A stretch of 64,000 nucleotides of DNA from Leptogorgia sarmentosa (lineage: Eukaryota). The position numbers and the translations under genes were made by a program. Position 1 is the stretch's first letter. Each line of letters opens with the position of its first letter. The notes under the pieces are model-generated. The model was given only the letters and a program-made list of their open reading frames with translations, was not told the origin of the DNA and ran no database searches. Below, in pieces: positions 35,849-49,700 of the stretch. The DNA is taken from positions 23,126,001-23,190,000 of the forward strand of contig OZ210885.1 in NCBI GenBank assembly GCA_964658305.1. Reading direction: 5' to 3'.

Positions 35849-38700
35849 CAGGGTGTATCAAAAAAAAGTTTACTCGCGAAAAATGTCTTTAGGCCGAAGC
35901 GCACGCACCCCATTGCAAACCATTGGTATATCTAAGTAGTTTGAGCCATTCAGATACATCCTACACTAAAAGTTTGCAGAAAACGAAAAGGTGTTATAAA
36001 AAGCCATAGTAAAAATGGCTTGCGCGAAAAAATGTGAGGCGGAAAATGCAATTTGATTTGACAGCCTAAATCTATGGAACAAGTTTCATAAGTTATTCAA
36101 GTTTGAGAGCATTTGTTGCACACAAACGCAAACGCGCAATGTTTGAAATTTCGGAATTTTAGCGTTTCAATTTCCGAACCTGATTTTGTGGTGACTTATA
36201 GCTCATTAATGCATTGCAAACAATTTGCATAAATTAAATTTAACAAACTGACAGGGTGTTGGAATTCCCAAATGACATCGAAGATAATAGTCGAGGTTAC
36301 AAACCAGTGTTATTCTTCAAAATTTCCCCTATTTCGTTCTAAACGAAGCCCAACTCTGTTTATGATAACATGCAAGTAAGGCAAAACAAAGTAAACATGT
36401 ATGCGCGCATGGTGGCGGTTTCGTAAAATAGGTATTCGAATACTTGCGTTATTCCCAGGTGGTTAAAACATGAATGTGGCTGCATGCATTGCGATTAACC
36501 TTCTCATTCATTGTAATCATGGCTATACCGCAGTTCACACCTCAGCAAAGATCATTTTTAGTGAGAGAATACCACCAAAATAGCAATGAGGTTAGGAGAG
36601 TTCTCCAAAGGTTCTGTGAAGTTTACCCTGGTGTTCGATGCCCGTCGCGAGCTACAGTTCATAAAAATGTAAGAAAGTACAGCATGCATGGCACAAGTTC
36701 CAATTTGAATAAGGGCAGGTCTGGTCGTCGGAGGACAGCAAGATGTCCGGAAAATATCGCGGCAGTAACAGACGTGCTGGCTAATCAAGAAGCAGGTAAA
36801 CAAAGGATAAGCACCCGTCGCAATGGTCCTGGTTTATCCTCAGTGACATTCAATCGCATTACCCGACTGGATTTGCAGCTATATCCCTACCAAATGATCA
36901 AACGTCATCAGCTGTTCGATGGAGATTACCAGCGACGGGTGAACTTCTGTCAGTGGCTGCATCGTCAAAATCAATGTTTTCTTGAAAATGTAATTGTCGG
37001 CGACGAGGTAGGATTTGCCCTAAATGCTAGCGTAAACACCAATAACGTCAGAGCGTATTGTCCACGTGGTGAACCTCCTTTAAACTTCGATTACCAGCGA
37101 AACGATGATCGCCACAAGCTAACAGTATGGGTCGGTTTAATGGGTAACGGCAGCATCATTGGTCCCTTCTTTTTTTGCAATAATTTGGACGGCAAGGGCT
37201 ACCTTCAGATGATAAACGAGCAAGTGCATCCCAGGTTATGCAGAATGCATCGTTTTGGACCAAACAGGAATGGCCAATTCGGACGTCTTTGGTGGATACA
37301 AGACGGTGCACCACCTCATAGGAGACGTATTGTTACCGAGCGCTTGCAACAGCTGTTTGGTGAGCGAGTTGTAGCGTTAAATCACCAAATCGAATGGCCA
37401 CCAAGATCCCCAGATTTAACACCATTAGATTTTTTTCTTTGGGGTTATTTGAAGTCGAAGGTGTACTTAACGCCACCTGCAAACCTGGACGACCTCGAAA
37501 TGAGAATCCGCTGTGAGATGGACGCTTTTAAGCGGAACAGAGGGATGGTTCGACGTGCTGTCAACGCCATGTTAACCAGAGCTGAGCTCTGCGTAGAAAG
37601 AAACAGGGGTCATGTAGAGGACTAACGTTATCTGAATGTTCAATGATTAACAAATGTAAATAGGTCAACATAAAGCTTTCTTGAAGTAAAGTATAAATAA
37701 ACGTTAATAACTTAAGGTTGAACATGAGAAAATACAAGTGGTTAAATCAAACGCAATTGCAGTATCATTAAAGTCATAAACAACCAGAGAATACCGCAAG
37801 TAAAACCTACATTTTATGACACCGCCGGTGTGCATGCATACACACATCCCGTTCCTTACTTGCATGTTATGAGCAGAGCACTCTGTTTAGAACAAGATAG
37901 GTGCCCTGTCGAAGAATAACCCTTTTTTCAAACTGAAGCCTAGTTTCAATAAGTCCTTAGCGGTCGCTCGTGGTTTCCGAGTGAACTTGTAGCGACCAAA
38001 ATAACAGTGTCGTTGAAATAGACTTTGTTCTATCCCAGCGACATTTCTGTTTCTCCCTTACGGTCGCAAAACCTTCGCTCATACGAGACACTGTATGGAA
38101 TAAATTAAATTTCATAAATTAAATTTAATAAACTGACAGGCTGTTTGAATTCCCAAATGACATTGAAGATAATAGTTGTTTTCGATTCCAAGCCTAGTTT
38201 CCATACAGTGGTATGGAAACTAGGCTTGGAAACGAAAACGACTATTATCTTCGATGTCATTTGGGAATTCAAACAGCCTGTCAGTTTATTAAATTTAATT
38301 TATGCAAATTGTTTGCAACGCATTAATGAGCTACAAGTCACCACAAAATCAGGTTCGGAAATTGAAACGCTAAAATTCCGAAATTTCAAACGTCGCGCGT
38401 TTGCGTTTGTGTGCACCAAATGCTCTCAAACTTGAATAACTTATGAAACTTGTTCCATAGATTTAGGCTGTCAAATCAAATTGCATTTTCCGCCTCACAT
38501 TTTTCCGCGCAAGCCATTTTTACTACGGCTTTTTATAACACCTTTTCATAGTCGTAAAATGGTCGTTTTCTGCAAACTTTTAGTGTAGGATGTATCCGAA
38601 GGGCTCAAACTACTTAGATATACCAATGGTTTGCAATGGGGTGCGTGCGCTTCGGCCTAAAAGACATTTTTCGCGAGTATACTTTCTTTTATACACCCTG
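35849..38700 (+). mobile_element. Tc1/mariner DD41D transposon with long (~450 bp) TIRs, full length
   Basis: TA|CAGGGTGTAT... and ...ATACACCCTG|TA. TIRs ~35849-36293 and ~38239-38700. Sits in the intron of Harbinger ORF2. Confidence 0.95.
36519..37625 (+). CDS. DD41D transposase (368 aa), open frame
   Basis: N-terminal HTH + GRSGRRR, VGDEVGF, IQDGAPPH, WPPRSPDLTPLDFFLWGYLK. 41 residues counted between the 2nd and 3rd catalytic D. Confidence 0.92.
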   Translation: MAIPQFTPQQRSFLVREYHQNSNEVRRVLQRFCEVYPGVRCPSRATVHKNVRKYSMHGTSSNLNKGRSGRRRTARCPENIAAVTDVLANQEAGKQRISTRRNGPGLSSVTFNRITRLDLQLYPYQMIKRHQLFDGDYQRRVNFCQWLHRQNQCFLENVIVGDEVGFALNASVNTNNVRAYCPRGEPPLNFDYQRNDDRHKLTVWVGLMGNGSIIGPFFFCNNLDGKGYLQMINEQVHPRLCRMHRFGPNRNGQFGRLWWIQDGAPPHRRRIVTERLQQLFGERVVALNHQIEWPPRSPDLTPLDFFLWGYLKSKVYLTPPANLDDLEMRIRCEMDAFKRNRGMVRRAVNAMLTRAELCVERNRGHVED

Positions 38701-39639
38701 TATAATTAATCTTACCTTTTCCTTTATTCGGGAATAGCCCTTCTTTGTGGCTTCTTTGTCCTTCGCAACTCTTGCTTTGTACTCAAGTCATTGTTTTTCA
38801 TTCATGTCTGCAACACGAATAGTTGGAGAATACAGGGCTACAGGACCAAAAAGCTCGTCATTCTCATGGACACATGCTAATTCTTCTCGTAACCAAGTAT
38901 ACCTTAATAATAATCACTTTTATTCAAAATAATACATTTGGACATTTTTTACATAGGATAAGTTAATTATATTGATACAAAGTGCTGTAATGTTTGTTTG
39001 ATAATTCGATAAAAATATTCTTGTTCCTCCCGATAAAATGTTCTATGATATAATATATTTACATAAATAACAATTAAAAATTTATTAAAAATGATTTAGT
39101 CCATGCATTATAAAAAGCATTCTTAAAAACCGAGCCCATACAAAATAGTCTATAATACGTCCGCAATCACTGAGTTTAATATACTGGACGGTTTAATCCC
39201 CGTCGAAATCAAGGTTTTTGTACTCCATAATACTTTTAAATTTATGTAAAGATGTTATCAAGTTTTCTATCATTTCCTCCGACCAACGAAATTGCTTATT
39301 TTTATTTCCGGCATCCACTTTCTTTGTGCCTGAATGGCCTGAACTCTTCTCATGTAAACGTAAACAAATTTTATTAGGATTTCAATTAGCAGGCGGGATC
39401 TCGCCTAATAGGGCTAGCCCTCCCTGTAGGGCTCATGTAAACAGCCCCTAAGTGGGCAATCTTTGACAGTTTTCTAACTATGATAAAATGCAAGTTTTTC
39501 AATGGAGAGAGGTGATATAGGATCATCTAGAATGAACTGTAATTTTTTGTTGTAGCATTATTTTGTGCATTGTTCGTGTCGACTTTGTAGCCATCATACT
39601 TGTATGTATTTCCTAGTGCAGTGTAATTTTTTTTAAATT

Positions 39640-41766
39640 GCTCTTCCTTAAAGGATATCTGGCAAATTACCAGAGCTTTATGGAAGAATTTAAAGTACAA
39701 CTGGTGAATGCTCTCCAGGATATCATCCATACACTAAGTCAGAGAACAAATTATAATGATCGCGAAGTGTGTGCAATGAGGCTTGAATTGCTAGCTGAGA
39801 ATGCTTTCAGTAATGATGCCATTCCACTTGAAACTGTTGATGGAATAAATGAAGCAGTTCACATCCTTAAAAGTAGCTCAATATAGCCACAAGGTATAAT
39901 CCATATCAAGCCCAGTTGGAAGGCAATGCAAGAAAACAAGGACGACCAAAGTATTTTATAACAGAAAAACACTTAATCTTTTTTAGAGGTAAAATTGGTT
40001 GCTGTACTTTGAATGGTTAGTGTAATTGTAAGTGGCGAAATGTTTTTGTGTATTAAAAAAATCCAAAATTGTGTTAAGGAATGCCAGGGGACATGAAACC
40101 GATCACTTGCAATATGGGTGGGCAATATAATTTTTTTTCTTTTTAATCAGATCTTGGTTTTAGTCAAAGTGATATAGCATCGATGCTTGGTGTCAGCAAG
40201 CGAACTGTAGAAAACTGATTTACAGAGTTCAACTTGACCCGGATTGAAAGGTTCAGCAATATGGATGATAAACCTCTAGATGTTTACATTCGAGGTCAGT
40301 TATGTAATCTATATAATATTTAGAACAAAAGAATAGCTATGGTTATTCAGTATAGGCAATGCACTGTATGGGGTATAGGTAAGAATAAAATCATAGGTTT
40401 TGGTACTTTTAAAATTTCCATGTGCCCTATCAAATTTTTACAAATTTCAGATAGCCATTGTCGAAACTCGCATTACGCCTCTGTTGGTACCCCAAAAACA
40501 CAGTTCGAATTTATGAAATTTTATAGTCGATAGAGATAACTACAATTCATATGATACAATTCTAAATGTTGTTCTATCTAAGTTAATATACAATCTAACT
40601 CCTCTAAACTACTGTAATTCTATATGAAATGTAGTGCACTATTTACTGTAGGACTTAAGACAATAGAAGGAGAGCTTGTGTCACAAGGAGTGAAAGTTCG
40701 AAGAAGATGAATAAGAGATTCGGTGAAGAGAGTAGACCCTGTCGGAAGAATACGAAACACTAACGCCGTACGAAGACGGGTTTACAATGTCCACTTGCCA
40801 CTGGCCCTGTGGCATATGGACGGAAATCATAAGCTGATCAGGTATGGGCCTCAATAAAAAACTTCTTTAATTGTTTTCATTATTTGTTTCTTAAACTTCG
40901 CTTTTAACCGAACTCCTTTGTCCATCATTAAATTTTCCATCTGTTTTCATATTAGGTGGTGGTTCATTATCCACGGTTACATCGATGGTTACAGTAGGGT
41001 AATCGTATACCTTGCATGTAGCGTTGACAATACATCTGCAATGGTTTTAAAACTGTTCAAAGATGCTGTTGCCAAATGGGGTCTCCCTTCCAGAGTGCGA
41101 GGCGACATGGACGTGGAAAATCGTTATGTTGCACATTATACGTTAAATCATCCAGCAAGAGGACCATCACATGGAAGTTGCATAACAGAAAGTTAGGCAG
41201 AAGCGTTCATAACTGAAGAATAGAGCGCTTGTGGAGGGACGTTCATCAAGCTGTTTTGTCCCTGCTTTACGACCTCAATTTTATGGAATACTAGATCTGG
41301 ATAACGAGCACCATAACTTTTGTCTTCATGTCGTGTACAAACCCATCATCAACGATATGCTAACTAAATTTTCAAATGCCTGGATAAACCACAAAATGTG
41401 CACCACTTCAATTATACAATACACAAAATTACGTTGGTTACGTGTCTATATATAACTCATCTGATATCTTGAGTTTCAATTAAAGATGTCATTTTTTATC
41501 AGAGTATTAATCGACTCGTGCTGTATGTTGCTGTTATCGAGGAGACACTGCATACTTATGGAGTAGATGTGGAGGCAGGATTACCAAAGTACAATGAAGA
41601 CGCGGCAAGTGAAGGTGTTATCGTACCTGAAACATTAAACAACTTTGGCAACTTTTTAGAAAGAATTTGTGCCGTGGAGCACACAGATCCCTGGGATGTT
41701 GAACCATACTTATGCGCATGGCAAACACTTGAGGATCTCTTGCACGAATATACTGTGCCAGAGTAA
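39640..41766 (+). pseudogene. Second IS3EU-type DDE transposase/integrase-core gene, intron-containing, decayed
   Basis: GRPKYFIT, HTH (DIASMLGVSKRTV), RRRVYNV..PLALWHMDGNHKLIR|WWFIIHGYIDGYSR, LPSRVRGD..VEN, RSVHN*RIERLWRDV, WINHKM. Confidence 0.8.
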
Positions 41767-42182
41767 GGTATGAAAGAGCAAGCTTGTGTGTGTACATGTA
41801 TAAGTGAACTGCCAAAACACAATTTGTGAACTAACATTGTTTAAATTCACAATTTCAACTATCATAAATGCCCGTGCAGTAAGGTTATATCTTTGTTACA
41901 GCCCTTGTTGCATACACAAGATTTCCATAGCAATGGTTGCTGTACTAAGGTGTTACACTACAGCAAGGTCTCATGTTCCAAGTGTTTTATTCTATTAACA
42001 CCAGTTTCTATGAATGTGCATTCAATATACTGTTGTTCAATACGTTTGTACACGACAAGTAGTGCATCATAACCATAATCCAACATAACCCGTTCATTTA
42101 AATAATGTTGAGAAAGCAGTGTATTGTTTTATTGTAGAACGATTCTCTGGATTCATTTCCAGCCCCTATATGTGTAAGATCT

Positions 42183-42715
42183 TCACACCAATCCAAAATG
42201 GTTACTGCAAAAGGCCATGTCAAATTTTTCAAACATCTCGTCTTTGTTGTCGGGAACAACTTTGCAGATGACCAGCATTAGTTGGTTTATACAGCTGTTA
42301 CTTTTTGGTAGGCAAGACTGCATGCTGTCACTGAAGCACAATGTGGGATGCATTTCAAAACTCAAAACAGGTTCCCCCTTCGAACATGTGGCGAATTTGA
42401 AAACGCTACTTAGCAATACAGGTTCACGTCTACCGGCTCGAATAATGAGCAATGATAAATTATCAGTCTCAAGATAATAGTAGTAGGGAAAAGTAGGGAA
42501 ATCGTAAATATGTACATATAATACAACATATATACCTGCAACTTCTTTTAGGTAATTCAGGAAGAGTCTGTAGGTCATCTCTTTCTTCAAATGCCTGTTC
42601 AAACCTACTTCTGAGAACCTTGGAGTGAATAACTTGACAATTCTGGGATACATCAGAGGGTTCCAGGATGTGGGTCTCAACAGGTACAACAAGGCCGGTT
42701 GTTTGTTCATAAGCT
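42183..42715 (-). pseudogene. HECT E3 ligase C-terminal exons (G2E3-like), 5'-truncated
   Basis: FSEVGLN...YLKEVA|GRR...VFKFAT...EPVLSF..HPTLCF...LPKSNSCINQL (catalytic Cys position)...FDMAF..HFGLV*. Intron at ~42434-42535. Confidence 0.75.
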
Positions 42716-43027
42716 AAAAATTGTTAATCATACAGTTACTGATGTTATGCAAACATTGAAACTCTTATAAAATCTTGTTTGCAATTGAAACAAATGCCCT
42801 CAACTCAAAGTTTCCGACGTCCATTAGCGTTCAAACATTTTTCGGAAGAACTGTCCAAAGATATCTTGCAAGATGGGCGAAAAACCTACGAAATTTAGGA
42901 GTCTTAAATTTTTGCCAATTTTTTGTACGATATAACGATTATTTAAATATTTTTACTGTTTGCTATCTTTGTTCCTAGTGTCATTTTGAATGTACAATAA
43001 AACACTTATTGTCTTATTGACTTCAAC

Positions 43028-43340
43028 CAGGGGTGCACATTAGGGGGGTTGTGGGGGGGGGGGGTGTGACACCACCCCATCTTTTGTGACATATGTCGGA
43101 AAAGTCGGTCCCGAAAATTGTGAGACAAAAAAGTCGGTCTGTCAGTCTGACTGAAATCTAAAACGTAATTTTGCGACGAAAAAGAGAAATACGTCATGTG
43201 GACATTAGTTTTGCAATAAAAACTACAAATTACAAAAAGCTAACAGAAACGACAAACCAGGATTGTTTTCGTGCCGCAACCGCTCAGGCCAACGTCATGT
43301 GATCAAATTACCTCAAGCTGCGCTGTGCAAGTCAAAGGTC
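43028..43340 (+). mobile_element. hAT-type 5' terminus
   Basis: CAGGGGTGCACATTAGGGGGG plus G-rich tract and AAAAGTCGGTC repeats. Link to the transposase at 47.5-52.6 kb is unproven. Confidence 0.5.
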
Positions 43341-43349
43341 AAAACGCAC

Positions 43350-43725
43350 GTATCAAAAAAATGTTAACACAAATGTACCGTGCCATATTTCACGAAATCG
43401 TTGATGGATTTCATCGAATTTGATATCATTCGAAAGTTCAGTTCATTAGCTTTTAGATGACACGTTTTATGTGGTATTTAGTTACGAAACCAGCGAGTAG
43501 TGTTTCGGTGAACGTTTTAAGTGAATATTGCATATTTCCACCCATGGGAATATGCAATTTTCACTTAAAACGTTTACCGATGTACTGCTCGCTGGTTTCT
43601 TGACTAAATGTCATGTATAAGAAGAACAATTGAACTTTCGAATGATGTCAAACTCAATGAAATCCATTAATGATTTGTTGAGATATCGCGCCACATTTGT
43701 GTTACCATTTTTTTTATACACCCTG
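43350..43725. mobile_element. Palindromic Tc1/mariner-type MITE (~375 bp), left tip missing
   Basis: Imperfect foldback centred near 43543; right end TATACACCCTG|TA. Confidence 0.75.
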
Positions 43726-46700
43726 TAGTGTTGTGAAGTCTGCGCCGCAGGCTGCTCTGTCGGCTGTCACACAAACTGAAATCTATAACTTTGAAAGGCA
43801 TTTACACTCTTGGAATACAATCCCGTGTATGAATCGATATACAATGTTGGAGGATTTATCTACGTTCTGATAAATGAAAGAGATGTGCCAATACTTTATG
43901 CCTTTATGGTTATATCAAGAGCTAGTTTTTCGTTTTCTTTCAGATGCCAAACAAGCGCTTTAAAGTAACGTGTGCTTTGTGTAATAAAGTCTTTGACAAT
44001 GATTACAAGGGGAAGCATTGCAAGGCTGCGCATCCAGAATATAACGCGAAGACCTTGCCGCTTGTCAACAAAAAGCAGACAAAACTGGTATGAAAATTTT
44101 ATCCTTGTTTCATTCATGGCTATACAAAGTTATATACCCACATTTAGAGGTGATTGAAATTATTCAGTTTAGTCCTACAGAAATTGTATGATTTGTATCA
44201 AGCTGGTTCTATCACGACTATCAGTCTATGTAAGTAAAGTAATTGACGAGACAAAAAACCTTGTTGACGTTTCAATTTTACAAACAAATGTATACGTGCA
44301 GGTGCAGCAAAATGATAAAATAGCAACAACACAGAAAATTTAATTTAAATAATTGTAAAATAACGAATACTCAATGATGCAACACTAACATGTAAAATAC
44401 AAAACATAAAAACTTGAATTCTTTAAATGTGATAAGTCATGCGATCATCCATTTTGGTGCTGCAACAGATCCCCACAGTTTGTTGATTCCGGATGTTTTG
44501 GGACAACACTCAAACCAGGTTTGTGCTTCTTTAATCTAGTTAAAATATGTCCTTCTGCTTGGCTGCTTAGTTCTCTCTACCGACTGCCATTAAAATTGAA
44601 ATAAAAACTAAAATCTTGATAGCGATCAGGAGATGCTTGTCTAAAAAGTCAAAAATCATTTTGCAGTCAAATAGCGACGAAAGTCTTGATGATAATGATG
44701 ACACCATTGACACAATGGAAGAAATTGAAACTGGGAAAAGTAAAACGCTTGATACACTGGTGGGTTTAAATACCGTATATTATCAACATAATTATTGTAA
44801 AACTAGGAGTTACTATCGCAAGGAAAGTGCTGCCGTATCCACTGAAGCACCCACTTACTTTGGCACGTAATTTTCACAAAATAAACAAGTCCCAAACCAT
44901 AAAACTAACCCTAACCACTAAAAACAATTCGAGAGAGTGAGAAAAAAATCAGAGAATGTCTTCGGAAGTTTTTAGGAAAGTGAGTGATCTTTCAACAAAA
45001 ACAAAACCGTGCCAGACCCACTGAGTCAAAGAAAGACTGTGATTCATTAGCTCAGTTAATCTGTGGCTCAGTGGCCAGACCTCGCTCAGCAGCACCCTTG
45101 CCAAACATGTCAACAGCAGACTCATCGGAATCACCGGAAGCAAACAGTTTTATATTAACACTAAAATAATATTTTTTAAAAGAAAACTAAGGAAACATTG
45201 AGGACGTGATACGAGAAAGTAATCACTATTTTATTTTTAGGAGCAACTGGCAATCGCAGCAGCACGCGTGTTAAAAGCAAATCAGATAAATCTCTGACAT
45301 CTGACCTTATTAAAATTGTAATATATACATCGTGCTGAACAAATGATCTTAAATGAGTTACATCATAAAGTGTGCGCTACTTCTGCGTCGTAATAAAATA
45401 TCCAGTTTACTTACAGTATCAGGCCAACGTTGGATTTATTTTTGTATGCCTATATGTGGTTTAGTTCTTTTAGTATCGAAAATTCTGTAAATCCCCGGTA
45501 TGTCCCGTAAACAAACAACTCAAGCTTAGTGATGCCGTCGACTCTTTTCATACCAGTGTTGTCGAGTCATACTGTAGTCCCATTACAAAGCAACAAGGAG
45601 CAACCGGCTGAGTTTGATTGTAGTAAATTATTCTTTTGCATCAGGAGTGCTTTAGTAAATGAATGGCAATACCGCGAGGCGACAAAGAGTCGGAGATGAA
45701 CAGGTGGGAAAATTGACTGAGCATGCGCGGGAAATCCCCACGAGACGTGCGTGTATTTTGCGGGAAGAAGAAATGTACATTTCACGAACAATCAAAACAA
45801 ATCTTGTGTCGATTCTGAATGGCATACTTCTACCTACTGTTTACAGTCACAAGTTAATCAGCAATAATTAGAATTTTCTGTGAAATGTTCGTATCGTAAC
45901 GAGGATGACAATATTTATGTCATAAAGGTTTAAATATCAGCGACAGAGCACAAATCACGGCGGAGCAAAATAACTTGTGATGAGGCGTGAGATTTCACTT
46001 CTACCGAAGGCTAAAATACAAACCCCGGGACTGTTCAAGGCCCTATTTTGACGCTTACAAGTAAAGTATCACAAGAAAATACATGAAGTGGAGAGTATTT
46101 TTGGAATGTTTCATCGTGAGGCCACCGCCAGTTTTTGAAATATCTTCATTTCATTGCCGGTTATTATAATTACACTGAAGCCTGACTTGAATAAACACAA
46201 AATTTTGAATCTCATCAAATACAAAAATATTTCATTTCCAACCAAATTATGCTCACGAAATCTAAATTAAAAGCTAAATTTTTAAACTAGACCTTTCTCG
46301 AAGCAGATTTGATGATGTAAATTAACTTTTGGGTCTTTGATTCTTGGCCAGAATTTGACCACAACACGTGTGAAGCAAGTGGGTCTCAAACACTTAACTA
46401 AAGCATCATGAGGCCCTATTTTCCTGTTGATAGGTTTGGTACCACTAAACGCCAAAGAAGTGTTTCGTTTCATTTAGCTATATTTGAAATTGAGGCCACC
46501 GGCGATTTTTACAAAAATACAGTTCAAAGTCAAGCTATTTTCACAAATTTTCAAAATTCGTCAAATTTCGCAAGCTAGTACTTCGAGTATAAATCGCACA
46601 AGTTACACTAACAAACAAATTATGGGAAATTTGAGAAATAAAAAGAATAATTTCAACTTTCATTTCATTCTCATAGCACGTTTTCCTCGTTGATTAAGGT

Positions 46701-49700
46701 TTAAACAAGCCACATCTCGACATTTACGGTATTTGCCACTCATTTGCTCCTATTTTAACGTCGCCATATTTACTTCTTCCATGCACTCGATTGCAAAAAC
46801 AACCACCGCAAAACAAGGAATTCATGATCGGTTTTAAAAGGTTAAGCACTAAGTTAGACATCATTTGAATAAAAAGCAAAAATTCGTCAGCTAAAATAGT
46901 CGTTTGCTAACTTTCTGCCATGTGTTGGAATGTAAACACAATGTGCCTGCGATTTTTTGGTCAGCCCTGACAAATTTCCCACCTGTTTCGGAGATGGTGA
47001 AAACAAACACGAAAGCTATAAATGCGAAAGCACGCAAATATGTTGCCTATCATCAACCGATTTAAAATTATGGCTATCTTGTTGTGACGAGTTCTACTGT
47101 GTTACACATCTGAGTTTGCCCGCTATTTACGAATTGCGATGGCGATGTCGGCCAGCAAATGAGCAAAACTTCGAACAGCTAGGGATTTCAAAAACATCCA
47201 AAAATAGTCCTCGTGAGTTGGTCTGTCCAGTACCCGCTGATCTCTCGATTTACGTCATAAAATTGCCTACGTCACGAAACAAATCTCCATTTTGGACGAC
47301 TAATATACATAACTCTGTGGAGAGGTCTGGACACAAGTTACCGCCGCAAGAATAGTATGCTGCCTCCCTTCGGTCGGCAGCAACAATATCACACAGATAG
47401 CTTCTTCCAAAGCCAACTTTCAAGTGCACTCTCTGAGTCTCTGACTATCTATAGTGTCATGCATTATCTAAGGAAAATGTTTATCATTTGTTAAATGTTA
47501 ATTATAATTATCGTATTATTATGCAGTCTATACTCGACAAGCGACCGTGGACAGGAGCCGAAGAAAGCTTAAGCAATGTGGAAACTGTAGAAAAGTGTAT
47601 TCGAACTGATGAGCCAAGTGATGACCCAAATGTATCTTCTGAATCCAATAACGACCAGGTTAGTCTATTTGGTAGAACGTTGCATGGTCGCAATCTTCTT
47701 ACTAATTTGTGTAATGCTCGATGTGTTCAATGTGCATTTGTTCAACGTTTTGGCATTTAGCAGAATTGTTTTGCCATAATATATTTACATATTTCGCTAA
47801 CAGGAAAATCTAGTGAGAGTGCACAGTGGTTCAAAAGCTCCACCTTCTAGTTCTATACCGACTAACAAAAACATCAACACAGACGACGAAACGTGGATAT
47901 CGTGCTTTGGAAAACTTAGTTTTCTATGTGGTAACTTAAGAGAATGTCAAGAGTTAGTGTCGAAGATTGAAAATGTAGATGTGCCACAGCCCGAAAACTT
48001 GCTCGGCGAACTTGTTGATGTGGTAGAAAGGGTTAACCGAATTTCTTCTCCTCTCCGACACTCGAGAAATGCTGGCACAAATTAATGCCCAAGAAAAGAT
48101 ATTTGGAGAAGCACCAACTGCTACTAAATTTGTGCCAATTGATTGTGACCCAGGCTGTAGAAGACCCATTCTCACTGATGAAGACAAAGCTTATGTCATC
48201 CAACAAAGGTCCTTTCAAACCCAAAACTTGGTAGATATCCACTTAATCCTGATATTCCTTCATCTAAGCAGTGCCATCCTTGAATATTCTGTTAAAAATG
48301 ATGCAGCGTTTTGTTTTGTTTGCCAGCTGTTTCCGTCTGGTATTGGCACAAAACATGATCAAGGCTCTAAAGCATGGGCAGAAGACGGTGTTAAAGCTTG
48401 GCACAAGATGAAAAGTCGCGGGAAAAAGGAGCCTGGTAAAATGGCTGAACACGTTTCAAGCTCAAGTCATTGTGCAGCTCTCGCAGCGTTTGGTTGCCTT
48501 CCAGAAAAAATCCGCCAACATCGAACTCTTCCTGGATAAAGGTCGAAGAGGCAATTTAATCGAAGAAGAAGCCGAGGTCCAGCGCAATCGTGAATGGATT
48601 AATGGACGTTGCAAGGACTCTAGCACGTCAAGGGATAGCGTTTCGTGGTTCCTCATCGGAGAAAGATGGAAACGGAAATTTTCGTCAAATTGTCAACCTT
48701 TTCGCACGACATTCTCCTATCCTGCGCAGATGGCTGGCGCCCCAAAGCGACCGCACAGAGTTGACTACCTCAGTTCGAGATCTCAGAATGAGTTTTTTGG
48801 CCTCTTGGCAAATGATGTATCCAGCAGAGTCATTGCCGAAATATGTAAACCTGAGATGTTTGCCGTTATTGCTGACACAACACCCAATGTTTCCCATGTG
48901 GATCAACTTTCTGTGGTTGCAAGATATGTGGATCAAGAGGGACATGCACAAGAGCGTCTTGTGGATATGCGAGAGATTCAAGATAAGTTGGGGGAAGGTC
49001 ATGCACAAGGAATCCTGGCTGCTCTAGATGAAAACAGCATCAGCACCGCCAACATCGTATTTCAGTCGTACGATTACACATCATCCATGTCTGGTGTTTT
49101 CAAGGGCTGTCAAGCAAAAATGAAAGAGCATCTTGGAAGAGAAGTTCCTTACTTTCCCTGTCTTGCTCACCGTGTTAATACAGCAGTGGAGCATAGCTGT
49201 GAGTCAAGTACAGCTGCATGTCATATGTTTGACATTTTGCAGGAAGTATTTGTCTTTTTTACGTCAAGTCCGAAACGATATAGCGTGTTTCGTGAGAAAG
49301 TTAGTGGAGGAGGTGTTGAAAATGTGTTGGATTTGACTAATCTTTCTGCGACGTGTTGGATGGCCCGTGCAGACTCCATTCGAGCTGTTTGGTTGAGCTA
49401 TGAAGAGATAGTCGATGCGCTTAAAGAATTGCAAGATGTTGAAGACACAAAGACCAAAACGAAGGCAAAGAATTTGCTTGCAAGATTATGTTCGTTCGAG
49501 TTCATTGCTATGGTTATGTTTATGAGAAATGTCGTGGTAAAAACCAAGATACTAACGAAACAACTTCCGACAGTTGACATTAACGTGGTCGAAACTCTTG
49601 AGGCTGCCAAAGCAACCATTGCGACATTGCGCCACTTATGCAACGATGAAGACAATCTTAACAAGCAGATAGATGCAGCAGTTTTGTTTTCGAGTCGTAT

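Larger units (their letters stand above)
34826..39350 (-). pseudogene. Harbinger ORF2, Myb/SANT-like DNA-binding protein, multi-exon
   Basis: Exons ~39350-39185 (QFRWSEEMIENLITSL), ~38900-38716 (GYSRIKEK) and ~35569-34826 (VKEICQSFSNAVTTGKRSGSGKIV...LWGG). Contains a stop and a frameshift. Confidence 0.75.
31643..39448 (+). mobile_element. PIF/Harbinger transposon with two nested insertions
   Basis: Right end CTCATGTAAACAGCCCC|TAA. Left end partly deleted but shares GGGCTAGCCCTCCCTGTAGGGCT and TGTTTACATG motifs. Convergent nuclease and Myb/SANT-like genes. Confidence 0.85.

Noticed and set aside
43730..45860. Short ORFs and a CTAACCCTAACC telomere-like motif
   Set aside because: No recognisable protein motifs; only about two repeat units.
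45860..47385. Another Helentron-like element ending in the hairpin GCTGCC...GGCAGC
   Set aside because: The hairpin at ~47359-47381 is real, but I could not define matching subTIRs or the other boundary.
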